A stretch of 32,000 nucleotides of DNA from Flavobacterium agricola. GTDB lineage: Bacteria > Bacteroidota > Bacteroidia > Flavobacteriales > Flavobacteriaceae. Made by a program: the position numbers and the translations under genes. Within the stretch, counting starts at the first letter, position 1. Every line of letters starts with the position of its first letter. Below, piece by piece: positions 10,216 to 18,896 of this stretch. The notes beneath the pieces are model-generated. The model was not told the origin of the DNA, made no database searches, and saw only the letters and a list, made by a program, of their open reading frames with translations. The DNA lies in NCBI RefSeq assembly GCF_025919725.1, contig NZ_CP081495.1, positions 391,166 to 423,165 on the forward strand, written 5' to 3'.

Positions 10216-10769
10216 TAATAAAACCTAAAATCGAGCGCTTTGCATAATGTATATTTTTGTTCAAACAAGTTTTCAACCAATGCTACCGGATCGTGGTACG
10301 TTTGGCACAAATTAAAATAAAACCCATCTAACGCGGTGCTTAATACCGGGGCTTTAAATCCGTAGCCCGAAAGCCCGAGTGCTCCAGTAATATCTAAAAA
10401 ATATTGTGCATCTTCTTCATCAATATCTAAAGCAAACGTATTGGCAAAATGTACAATTTTGTCTTGCAGCTTGCCTTCAAAAAGTTCGGCAACTTCTTCA
10501 AAGCTGTAAAAGTAATTGTTAATTTCTATTTGATTGTTAGCGCCAGGAACCACAAAATATAGCAGGTTGTATGCCTTGTAATTTTTATCTTCTCGTAATA
10601 AAATATGCAAACATGTTTCAAAATCTTCGATATCTTCAAAAGCCTGATAAACATTTGTAATGTTGTAATGCAACGCCATTTGTTCTAGCCAAGGTAAAAC
10701 CAAGCTATTTTGGTATGCATCGGCTTGTTCTAAAAGTTCAAGACAAAAAACATTTTTAGAAGAATTCAT
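10212..10769 (-). CDS. Hypothetical acidic cytoplasmic protein (185 aa); family not recognised
   Basis: Long ORF with an ATG start and composition typical of the host. Its stop overlaps the stop of the convergent MocR-like gene. I recognise no motif. Confidence 0.55.
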   Translation of the reverse strand: MNSSKNVFCLELLEQADAYQNSLVLPWLEQMALHYNITNVYQAFEDIEDFETCLHILLREDKNYKAYNLLYFVVPGANNQIEINNYFYSFEEVAELFEGKLQDKIVHFANTFALDIDEEDAQYFLDITGALGLSGYGFKAPVLSTALDGFYFNLCQTYHDPVALVENLFEQKYTLCKALDFRFYY

Positions 10770-10875
10770 ATAAAATACCGGTTGATGTTTACTGTAAAAG
10801 TAAAAAAATAAAATACGAAATGGCGCTGTTATTCAAATAACGCTGTATTTTTATTGAAATTAAAAAAACGAACGT

Positions 10876-11780
10876 ATGCAAATTGATTTAATTGGCGATA
10901 TTCATGGCCATGCTGATGAGCTAAAAGCTTTACTTACAAAATTAGGTTATACAGCGGTTGATGAGGTTTTTTCGCATCCAACCAAAAAGTAATTTTTGTA
11001 GGTGATTATATTGACCGCGGACCTAAAATACCCGAAACATTGGCTATTGTAAAAAATATGGTGGATGCCGGCCATGCAATTGCCTTAATGGGAAACCACG
11101 AATACAATGCCATTTGTTTTAATACCTTGCATCCGGATGGTGGCTATTTACGAGCGCATGATATAAAAAATATTAGCCAGCATTACCAAACCTTGAATCA
11201 ATTCAAAAATAATCAAGCGCTGTATGATGAATATATTGCTTGGTTTAAAACGTTACCTTTGTTTTATGAAAATGAAGCGTTTTGCGCCGTTCATGCTTCT
11301 TGGGATTTTGATAGCATTGCTTTTTTAAAACAGCATGTAGTACATGCATCTTTAAGTGAAGAACAACTAATAGCTTCTGCACAATTCGAATCTCCGTATT
11401 ACTTAGCCATAGAAAAAATTTTAAAAGGCTCTGAAATTAAGTTACCCGAAGGTTATGCGTTTCAGGATAAAGATGGCAATGCACGCCAAGTAATAAGAAC
11501 CAAATGGTGGTTAAATCCGAAAGGATTAACTTATAAAGAATTTAGCGTAATTCCGATGACAAATTTGCCCGAAGTTGCCGTTGCTTACGAAGATGAAGTT
11601 TATTACAACGAAAAACATAAACCAGTTTTTTTTGGACATTATTGGTTGCAAGGTACACCAAGTTTAATTCGCGAAAACATTTGTTGTTTAGATTATAGCG
11701 TAGCAAAAAAAGGCCATTTGGTAGCTTATACGTACCAAAGCGAACAACAACTTACCCCGAAAAATTTGACTTTTGTTTAG
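10876..11780 (+). pseudogene. PPP-family metallophosphoesterase (PrpE/ApaH-like Ser/Thr phosphatase) interrupted by a frameshift in an A-run
   Basis: The ATG at 10876 encodes MQIDLIGDIHGHADEL...HPTKK and then a stop at 10990-10992. The conserved continuation VIFVGDYIDRGP...GNHEYN runs in the -1 frame from 10989 to 11780. The ORF track shows only the downstream part (11040..11780). Confidence 0.8.
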
Positions 11781-11852
11781 TTTTTTATAAAAAACCACAA
11801 TTACACCGCAAAAATAATTATATTCGTTACACACAAATAATTTTAAATACGC

Positions 11853-12263
11853 ATGAAAAAACTGTTATTGATTTTTAGTACAGCTTTACTTTTATTCGCT
11901 TGTTCTTCTGATGATAATTCAGGTACACAAGTTGCAAACTTAACACCGCCAGATTGGATTTTAGGCGATTGGAGGTATTTGGTTAACGAAGGAAATGGTT
12001 CGCAATTAACACAAAATGGATTAAATTTTTTATTTAATGATGTTTGCGAAGTTTATTCAACAAATGTTGTTTGTTTTAAAAGCACGTACGGAAATGAACC
12101 TGGATTTTCTTTTACAGAATATCATAAAAACGATTCAGAATATAAGTTTTCATACACAGTAGGAGATCAAACAAAAACGTATTCATTTGTGCGTTTAGAT
12201 GGTAACAAAATTCGTCAGTCAGAAGGCGTAGATTATGACAATGCAATTTTAGAGAAAATATAA
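11853..12263 (+). CDS. Small lipoprotein of unknown function
   Basis: Signal peptide with a lipobox (ALLLFACSSDD), 136 aa, followed by a terminator. Confidence 0.7.
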   Translation: MKKLLLIFSTALLLFACSSDDNSGTQVANLTPPDWILGDWRYLVNEGNGSQLTQNGLNFLFNDVCEVYSTNVVCFKSTYGNEPGFSFTEYHKNDSEYKFSYTVGDQTKTYSFVRLDGNKIRQSEGVDYDNAILEKI

Positions 12264-12271
12264 AGAATAGA

Positions 12272-12298
12272 AAGTTATCCAATTCGGATAACTTTTTT
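12272..12298 (+). terminator. Rho-independent terminator after the lipoprotein gene
   Basis: Hairpin aagttatcc-aattc-ggataactt followed by T6. Confidence 0.6.
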
Positions 12299-12302
12299 GT
12301 AT

Positions 12303-12337
12303 AAAAAAACTACCTTATTATGGTAAGGTAGTTTTTT
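12303..12337. terminator. Second, bidirectional-looking hairpin terminator
   Basis: A7, then ctacctta-ttatgg-taaggtag, then T6. It lies about 105 nt downstream of the minus-strand ATPase gene. Confidence 0.5.
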
Positions 12338-12442
12338 AAGGGGGGAATAAGGGTAAAATTTAAAAAAACGATTTTTATTTTTATGATACTAACTTAACGA
12401 TTTTTTTTACTTGTTGTTGTGCTAAAGTATAATTTTAACATT

Positions 12443-14401
12443 TTAAAATTGCATTTTCTGAATTCGAACCGCATTTAATATTGCCAATAACGCTACGCCA
12501 ACATCAGCAAAAACAGCTTCCCACATGGTGGCCAATCCGCCTGCTCCTAAAATTAAAACAAGGCCTTTTACAACAAACGCTAAGGTTATGTTTTGCCAAA
12601 CAATTTTTTTTGTTTGCTTTCCGATGCGAATAGCAATGGGAATTTTACTTGGTTTGTCATCTTGAATTACTACATCTGCAGTTTCAATTGTTGCATCACT
12701 GCCTAATCCGCCCATAGCAATACCAACATCGCTTAAGGCAACAACTGGAGCATCGTTTACTCCATCGCCCACAAAGGCAACTGTTTGGTTTTGTGTTTTT
12801 AATGCTTTTACAAAGTTTACTTTATCTTCGGGCAATAAATCACCAAATGCATTTTTAATTTGCAATTGTTTTGCAACTTGTTGTACAACGGTTGTTTTAT
12901 CACCGCTAAGCATGGTTGTTTTAACCCCTAATGTATTTAAATTCTGAATGGTTTGTGCAGCATCTTTTTTTATCTGATCTGCAATGGTTATATAACCTAC
13001 AAATTCCTGATTATATGCAATTGCTATAACGGTGCTACCAATTTTGTTTATATTTATTGCGTACGGAATAGAAAATTGATCTAACAATTTAAAGTTGCCA
13101 ACTAACAAATTTTTGCCATAAACGTTAGCACTTAAACCTAAGCCTGGAATTTCCTGAACATTTTTTATTTCAATATCGTTTTTTAAAGAACCAACATATT
13201 CATGAATGGCTGTTGCAACGGGATGCGTGCTGTAACTTTCTAGTTTATTAACCCAATGTAATAATTCGGTTTGGTTGTGTTTGTCAATAAAAATAATTTC
13301 TTGTACTTTAAAAACACCTTCGGTTAAGGTTCCGGTTTTATCCATTACAACCTGTTCAATTTTGGCTAAAGCATCTAAAAAATTACTACCTTTAAATAAA
13401 ATGCCGTGTTTGCTTGCTGCTCCAATTCCTCCAAAATATCCTAAAGGAATGCTTATTACTAATGCACAAGGGCAAGAAATAACTAAAAAAACTAAAGCCC
13501 GGTATAACCAATCGGTAAATACATAATTGCTAACCGTAAAATACGGAACCAAGCAAATTAAAACTGCTAAAACAACTACAATTGGTGTGTAAATTTTAGC
13601 AAACTTTCTGATAAATAATTCTGTTGGTGCTTTTTGTTGGGTTGCGTTTTGTACCAAATCTAATATCCTGCTCAATTTACTATCTTCGTACCTAGTAGTA
13701 ACTTGAACCAAGGTTACGGCATTATTGTTAATCATTCCTGCTAAAACCGTTTCGTTTTTTTGTTTGGTTTCGGGTTTGCTTTCGCCCGTTAAAGCTGCAG
13801 TATTAAAACTTCCTTTTTCAGAAATTAAAATTCCGTCTAAACCCAATTTTTCGCCTGGTTTTAATTCAATAATTTCTCCAATAACAACATTTTTAGCTTG
13901 AACTATTTGAGCGATGCCGTTTCTAAGTACCGTAACTTGTTCCGGACGTTGATCTAAAAGTGATTTTATACTCGATTTTGCACGGTTTACAGCCATATCC
14001 TGAAAAGCTTCGCCAATGGCATAAAATAGCATAACAGCAACGCCTTCGGGATATTCTTTAATAGCAAATGCTCCTAAAGTTGCTAAGGCCATTAAAAAGA
14101 ATTCTGAAAAAAAATCTCCATTTCTAAAACTTTTGTAAGCATCAAACAAAACCGGTAAACCAACCGGAAGGTAAGCCGCTAAATACCATATAAAACGCAA
14201 GTTTCCAACAAACCAATTTGGATGACTTATTTGTTCTAGATACAAACCAGCAGCTAATATAAATAGCGAAATTACTACCGGCAGCGCAGCTTTTAGGTAT
14301 TGTTTTGTGTTGCTTTGTGCTGCAGTATTACTCGATTTTTCTGATGAACAACACGAATTTGTTTCGTGAAATTTTTTTTCTGTATGTTGCTTTTGAGTCA
14401 T
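12443..14401 (-). CDS. P1B-type heavy-metal-translocating ATPase (Zn/Cd/Co-like or similar)
   Basis: Carries the CPC motif in a TM helix (VISCPCALVISIP), the phosphorylation site DKTGTLT, the hinge VGDGVNDAP and a Cys/His-containing N-terminus (HETNSCCSSE). Confidence 0.9.
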   Translation of the reverse strand: MTQKQHTEKKFHETNSCCSSEKSSNTAAQSNTKQYLKAALPVVISLFILAAGLYLEQISHPNWFVGNLRFIWYLAAYLPVGLPVLFDAYKSFRNGDFFSEFFLMALATLGAFAIKEYPEGVAVMLFYAIGEAFQDMAVNRAKSSIKSLLDQRPEQVTVLRNGIAQIVQAKNVVIGEIIELKPGEKLGLDGILISEKGSFNTAALTGESKPETKQKNETVLAGMINNNAVTLVQVTTRYEDSKLSRILDLVQNATQQKAPTELFIRKFAKIYTPIVVVLAVLICLVPYFTVSNYVFTDWLYRALVFLVISCPCALVISIPLGYFGGIGAASKHGILFKGSNFLDALAKIEQVVMDKTGTLTEGVFKVQEIIFIDKHNQTELLHWVNKLESYSTHPVATAIHEYVGSLKNDIEIKNVQEIPGLGLSANVYGKNLLVGNFKLLDQFSIPYAININKIGSTVIAIAYNQEFVGYITIADQIKKDAAQTIQNLNTLGVKTTMLSGDKTTVVQQVAKQLQIKNAFGDLLPEDKVNFVKALKTQNQTVAFVGDGVNDAPVVALSDVGIAMGGLGSDATIETADVVIQDDKPSKIPIAIRIGKQTKKIVWQNITLAFVVKGLVLILGAGGLATMWEAVFADVGVALLAILNAVRIQKMQF

Positions 14402-14451
14402 AATTTATGTTTTTGTAATACAACAAAGTTAGCGAGCACATGCATGCAATG

Positions 14452-14859
14452 CTATTGCAAACATTTTTCGCAAATGCCTTTGGCAAAAAATTTTATTTCA
14501 TCAATTCGATAATCGGTTAAATTGTTCTGAGGTAAAATAAAATCTTCCTTGCAAGTTGTGGTTTTACAAATTTTACAATAAAAATGCAAGTGCCAATCCT
14601 GATGCGTTTGTTCATCACAATCATCATCACATAAAATATATTTGGTAGTATTGTTTTCTGGTACGCTGTGTACAAGCCCTTTTTCTTCAAAAGTTTTTAA
14701 AGTTCTGTAAATAGTTACTCGATCTGCCTTTTCAAAATAATTTTCTATTTCTGTTAAAGAAACGGCATGCTGTTGCTTGGCCAAATAATCGTAAATAAGC
14801 AAGCGCATGCTGGTTGGATTGGTATTTTTATGTAGTAGTTTTTGCTCTATGTTTTTCAT
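14452..14859 (-). CDS. Fur-family metal-responsive transcriptional regulator, first gene of the operon with the P1B ATPase
   Basis: Winged-helix N-terminus (TSMRLLIYDYL...VTIYRTLKTFEEKGLV). The C-terminal metal sites are CDDDCDEQTH, HLHFYCKICK and a terminal CEKC. It sits 50 nt upstream of the ATPase gene on the same strand. Confidence 0.85.
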   Translation of the reverse strand: MKNIEQKLLHKNTNPTSMRLLIYDYLAKQQHAVSLTEIENYFEKADRVTIYRTLKTFEEKGLVHSVPENNTTKYILCDDDCDEQTHQDWHLHFYCKICKTTTCKEDFILPQNNLTDYRIDEIKFFAKGICEKCLQ

Positions 14860-14956
14860 GATTTCAAAGTTGATTTTTTTGCACTGATTAAGTTACGATT
14901 CTTTCTTTTAAAAACGATATAAACCGCGCTGTAATATTGCAAAATTGGCTTTTTAG

Positions 14957-14966
14957 AATCATGATT
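14957..14966. promoter_or_regulatory. Perfect 10-bp palindrome AATCATGATT, a candidate Fur-family operator
   Basis: Lies in the 246-bp divergent intergenic region, about 98 nt upstream of the Fur-family gene start. The surrounding gaatcatgattattg resembles AT-rich Fur-box half sites. Confidence 0.25.
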
Positions 14967-15105
14967 ATTGTTTATTATTTTGCTATTTGTTTGCTTTATA
15001 ATAATATATGGTATTATGTTTATTGCTAAAATTATATTAATTTTAACAACTTAAATTGGGACAAAACTCATTCCCGAAAATGATAACGTTACGCTAAAAA
15101 TAAAG

Positions 15106-15810
15106 ATGAAAAAATTAGTTATTCTTGTTGTTGAAGATGAAAAATTGGTACGTGAACTTTTAATCTCATATATCAGAGAGATTTTGGGTGATATGCAGGT
15201 TGATATTATTACCAGCTCAACCTTTAGCTTGGCTAAACAATTAATACAAACCAATCAACCCGAGCTTGTTTTTTTAGATATTAGATTGCAAGATGCGAAC
15301 AGTTTTGAACAAATAGAAGAACTAAATATTAAAGATTTTAAATTGGTTTTTACAACGGCTTATTCAGAACATATGGCCGATTCTATTAACAATTTAGGTT
15401 GTTTTGGGTATTTGTTAAAACCGATGAGTTTACAAAGCGTAAAAACAATTTTTGATCGTTTTTTTGCCGAACGTGCTTTACCCGAATACAAAAAAATAAC
15501 CCTAAAAATTGCTAACAAACAAGTTTTAGTTTCAGAAAACGAAATTATTTATTGCCAAGCCGATAATAATTATTGCAACATGTTTTTTAAAGGAGAAAAG
15601 CAGCTGTTTACTAAAACCTTAAAAGAATTTGAAAAAACATTATCGCCCGATTTGTTTGTTCGTGCGCACCGATCGTATTTAGTAAATAAAAACTACATTA
15701 AAAGTTTTGATGCAGCCAACAATAAAATTCTTGTTGAAGTTGATGATGTTGCACCGATTGAAATTCCTGTTTCTGAATCACACCGTAAAAAAGTTTCCGA
15801 ATTATTTTAA
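15106..15810 (+). CDS. LytR/AlgR-family response regulator (receiver domain plus LytTR DNA-binding domain)
   Basis: Receiver motifs (VVEDE, LVFLDIRL, LLKP) plus a C-terminal LytTR domain (IIYCQADNNYCNMFF...FVRAHRSYLVN). Confidence 0.9.
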   Translation: MKKLVILVVEDEKLVRELLISYIREILGDMQVDIITSSTFSLAKQLIQTNQPELVFLDIRLQDANSFEQIEELNIKDFKLVFTTAYSEHMADSINNLGCFGYLLKPMSLQSVKTIFDRFFAERALPEYKKITLKIANKQVLVSENEIIYCQADNNYCNMFFKGEKQLFTKTLKEFEKTLSPDLFVRAHRSYLVNKNYIKSFDAANNKILVEVDDVAPIEIPVSESHRKKVSELF

Positions 15811-18779
15811 TGCGCCATTTCCTTTCCTTTTTCTTTTTACTTTGTAGCTTTTTAACTTTAGCTCAAGATTTATATACGCGTAACATTCACGTAAATAACG
15901 GCCTGTTTTCTAACAATGTTAATAAAACTTTTGTTGACTCTGAAGGGCGTGTTTGGATAGGTTCTAGGGGAGGGCTGGCTCGTAAAATAATGGATAAGTT
16001 TGAATTACATCCGGCCGCACAAGAAAAAAAGTTTAATAATATTTTTGATATTACTGAAGACGCCCAAGGCAATATTTGGGCCGGAAGTTATGGTTTAGGC
16101 GTACTTTTACTTAGCGAAAGCGAATCGCGTATTTTTAATACCGATACCGGATTAGTTTCAGATTTTGTTCGCAATTTAATTGTATTAAATAACCGCGTTT
16201 ATGTAGGTACAAAAGATGGATTGTCAGTTATTTCGATAACCGATTTTACGATTCAAAATTTTACACCGCAAAGTAAAGATCAAAAAGATGATCGCAGCTT
16301 TGCTATTACATCAGTGTTTGAGCTGAATCAGCAAATTTACGTTTCAACCTTAAACGACGGGCTTTTTAAAATAGAACATAATAAATTGGTTTTGGTTGAT
16401 GCTTTTGCTGGGCATCGCATCAATTTTTTTAAAACTATAAATCACGAACTTTACTTTAGCTCTTCGCTCGGATTTTATAAGTTAAATCCACAAACATTTA
16501 AGCCCTTAAAAAGTTATAATTTACCCGATGTACGCGAAATGATTCCGCTAAACGGTGCTTTTTTATTGTTGCGATCAAGCATGGTCGATTTTACGGGCGG
16601 TTTGTATCAACTTAAAAACGAAACGTTAACCAATTTTAATACAAATTTTAATTTAAAATCGTTAGAATACAAATCGTTTGCGTACGATTCTGTTTTTGAT
16701 AGGCTATATATTGGCAGTAATGAAGATGGTTTATTTATTTCTGAATTAAATAATAGCATTCAGTACAATCGTAATTTTAAAGAAATAGAAGCCATGCTTT
16801 TTGCCGCTGATAAAAAGTTTATATTTCATGAAAATGGCTTATCTATTTTAAAAAATAATCAAGAAATAAAAACAATTCCTAATAGCCAATTTTTTTCGTA
16901 CCAAAAAGCCAATCCATTAAATACAGCAAACAAGCAAAAACTTTTTAAGTTACTACCTTTTTATCCTGAAGTAGAAAATTTTACATTAAAATTTTATAAA
17001 GATATTTACTTTAAAGATTCTTTTTTTTGGGTTCCAACCAATATTGGTATTTTTAAAATGGATTTAAATGGGAATTTTGTTGCCTATTTGCCTTTGCATG
17101 TGTACCATTTTTATATTCAAAATAATCAGTTGGTTGCACCAATTCCGCATAATGGTACGGTATTAATTTCCAATTTACAAACTTTAGATCATCAATATTT
17201 TTCGGATTTCGAAAACGGAAAATCACATCCGTTTACACCATTAAACGTGGTTGATATGGCCGTAACCGATTCGGCTGTATATTTTGCTTCGGCTTTAGAA
17301 GGAATTTATCAGTTTAAAAACGGAAAATTTACTTCGTGGCGAACCGAAAAATGGTTTTCTGTTAACAAAATCAAACGCATTACCATTAATTCAAAAGGGC
17401 AACTTATTGTTGTTTCTGACTTTAATGATATTTACGTTTTTAATTTAGATGATCCTAAACCAACGCTAATAAAAACAAAAGATTTTAAAAAAATAAAAGG
17501 TGCATCTACCCAATTTGTTGAAGAATTAGACGGCGTTTTATACGTAGGTACCAACTTAGGAATTAATGTTTTTTATATTGATGGCAACGAAAAAAAATAT
17601 TTTTTTATTGACCACGAACAAGGTTTTACCAATAGCGAAAAAAACACGGCAATTTCGCATCAAAACCAAATGTATATTTTAAGTTCTACCGGATATTTTT
17701 ATATAGATAACAGCTATTTTAAAAACAACCGAAACTTTACTGCTAATGTTATGTTAGCTAAATTTACTATTAACGATACCGATAAAATTGCGCAGATAAC
17801 AGATGCCGATAACATTCAGCCATTTGCATTAACTCACGATGAAAATAATATATTTATTGAGTTTTTTTTAGATAAGGTTCGTTTTCCTAACAAGCTAAGT
17901 TATTATTACCAATTGCATGAAGATGGCGAATGGATAGAAGTGCTGCATGACCGTAAAATTTATTTACCTTACTTGGCTCCGGGCGAATATAAATTGGCTT
18001 TAAAAATTATTGATAACGATTCGAGCACCGAAATTACTGAGCCAATTATTCAGTTTAAAATTAAAGAAGCTTTTTATAATACGTTGTGGTTTACCGTAAT
18101 TTGTTTGTTGGTTGCCGGTGCAATTTCGTACATCAGCTTTAGCTCGTTTAAAAAGAAAAAGAAAAAAGAAATTCAGTTTTTAGAATTAAAACATCAGGTT
18201 TTAATTTCACAATTAGATGCTCATTTTTTATTTAATATTTTAAGCGCGATTAAATATTTAAAAAGAACAGCCGATGGCCCTGCTGCCGATGAGGTAATTG
18301 ATTTATTTTCCGATTTTATTCGAAAAACCTTAGTTTTTACTAATGCTAACAAAATTACTTTAAATCAGGATATTTCATATTTAAAAAATTACGTTGATTT
18401 GGTAAATTTAGGCCGTGATGAACCTGTTGAATTTACAACCAAAATTGCAGCTGATATTAATATAGATCAGGTTGAGGTATTGCCAATTTTGATGCAACCT
18501 TTTGTAGAAAATTGTATGAAATATGCTTTTCCAGAATCTATTTCACATCCAAAAATCACTTTAATTATTTCGCGTTATCCCCAAGGGTTAAAATTTGAAT
18601 TGGTAGATAACGGCGTTGGTTTTCAGGTAGAAAAACAAGATGTAAAATCCGAAAAACAATCGCTTGGAATCAGCATTGTTGCCAACCGTTTGCAAATTCA
18701 TAATAAAATAACCAAACAAGGGCTGCATATTAGTTCAGATTCTACCGGTACAAAAGTTGAAGTTTTTTACGAACAATAA
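15810..18779 (+). CDS. Sensor histidine kinase with a periplasmic two-component-regulator propeller and Y_Y_Y domain, fused to a LytS/YehU-type His_kinase and HATPase_c
   Basis: Signal peptide, then repeated propeller motifs (VWIGSRGGL, IWAGSYGLGV, VYVGTKDGL) and a Y_Y_Y-like segment (LSYYYQLHEDGEWIEV...PGEYKLALKI). These are followed by one TM helix, the H-box region QLDAHFLFNILSAI and an ATPase N/G box (ELVDNGVGF). The start overlaps the response regulator stop (TAATG). Confidence 0.85.
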   Translation: MRHFLSFFFLLCSFLTLAQDLYTRNIHVNNGLFSNNVNKTFVDSEGRVWIGSRGGLARKIMDKFELHPAAQEKKFNNIFDITEDAQGNIWAGSYGLGVLLLSESESRIFNTDTGLVSDFVRNLIVLNNRVYVGTKDGLSVISITDFTIQNFTPQSKDQKDDRSFAITSVFELNQQIYVSTLNDGLFKIEHNKLVLVDAFAGHRINFFKTINHELYFSSSLGFYKLNPQTFKPLKSYNLPDVREMIPLNGAFLLLRSSMVDFTGGLYQLKNETLTNFNTNFNLKSLEYKSFAYDSVFDRLYIGSNEDGLFISELNNSIQYNRNFKEIEAMLFAADKKFIFHENGLSILKNNQEIKTIPNSQFFSYQKANPLNTANKQKLFKLLPFYPEVENFTLKFYKDIYFKDSFFWVPTNIGIFKMDLNGNFVAYLPLHVYHFYIQNNQLVAPIPHNGTVLISNLQTLDHQYFSDFENGKSHPFTPLNVVDMAVTDSAVYFASALEGIYQFKNGKFTSWRTEKWFSVNKIKRITINSKGQLIVVSDFNDIYVFNLDDPKPTLIKTKDFKKIKGASTQFVEELDGVLYVGTNLGINVFYIDGNEKKYFFIDHEQGFTNSEKNTAISHQNQMYILSSTGYFYIDNSYFKNNRNFTANVMLAKFTINDTDKIAQITDADNIQPFALTHDENNIFIEFFLDKVRFPNKLSYYYQLHEDGEWIEVLHDRKIYLPYLAPGEYKLALKIIDNDSSTEITEPIIQFKIKEAFYNTLWFTVICLLVAGAISYISFSSFKKKKKKEIQFLELKHQVLISQLDAHFLFNILSAIKYLKRTADGPAADEVIDLFSDFIRKTLVFTNANKITLNQDISYLKNYVDLVNLGRDEPVEFTTKIAADINIDQVEVLPILMQPFVENCMKYAFPESISHPKITLIISRYPQGLKFELVDNGVGFQVEKQDVKSEKQSLGISIVANRLQIHNKITKQGLHISSDSTGTKVEVFYEQ

Positions 18780-18858
18780 TTAAAAGCTGTGCTTACTCAG
18801 TTTTTTATGTGGTTCACCAAATATAAAAGTACAACTTCTGGTTTATAAATAATTTTAT

Positions 18859-18887
18859 GCCGTTACAATATTGTAACGGCTTTTTTT
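18859..18887 (+). terminator. Strong Rho-independent terminator after the two-component operon
   Basis: Perfect 22-nt palindrome gccgttacaatattgtaacggc followed by T7. Confidence 0.75.
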
Positions 18888-18896
18888 ATTATACCA

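Noticed and set aside
10984-10992. A confident call of programmed -1 ribosomal frameshifting at the phosphatase and ogt A-runs.
   Set aside because: The phosphatase heptamer is C AAA AAG, not A AAA AAG. I see no obvious downstream stimulatory hairpin or pseudoknot. Homopolymer indel error or simple decay explains both cases more economically. I keep this only as a hypothesis in the findings.
11781-11800. The palindromes GTTTTTTATAAAAAAC (after the phosphatase gene) and ACAAATTTGT (22190-22199, after the carbonic anhydrase gene) as terminators or operators.
   Set aside because: The stems are purely A/T with no G-C pairs. Such palindromes are expected by chance in this AT-rich DNA.
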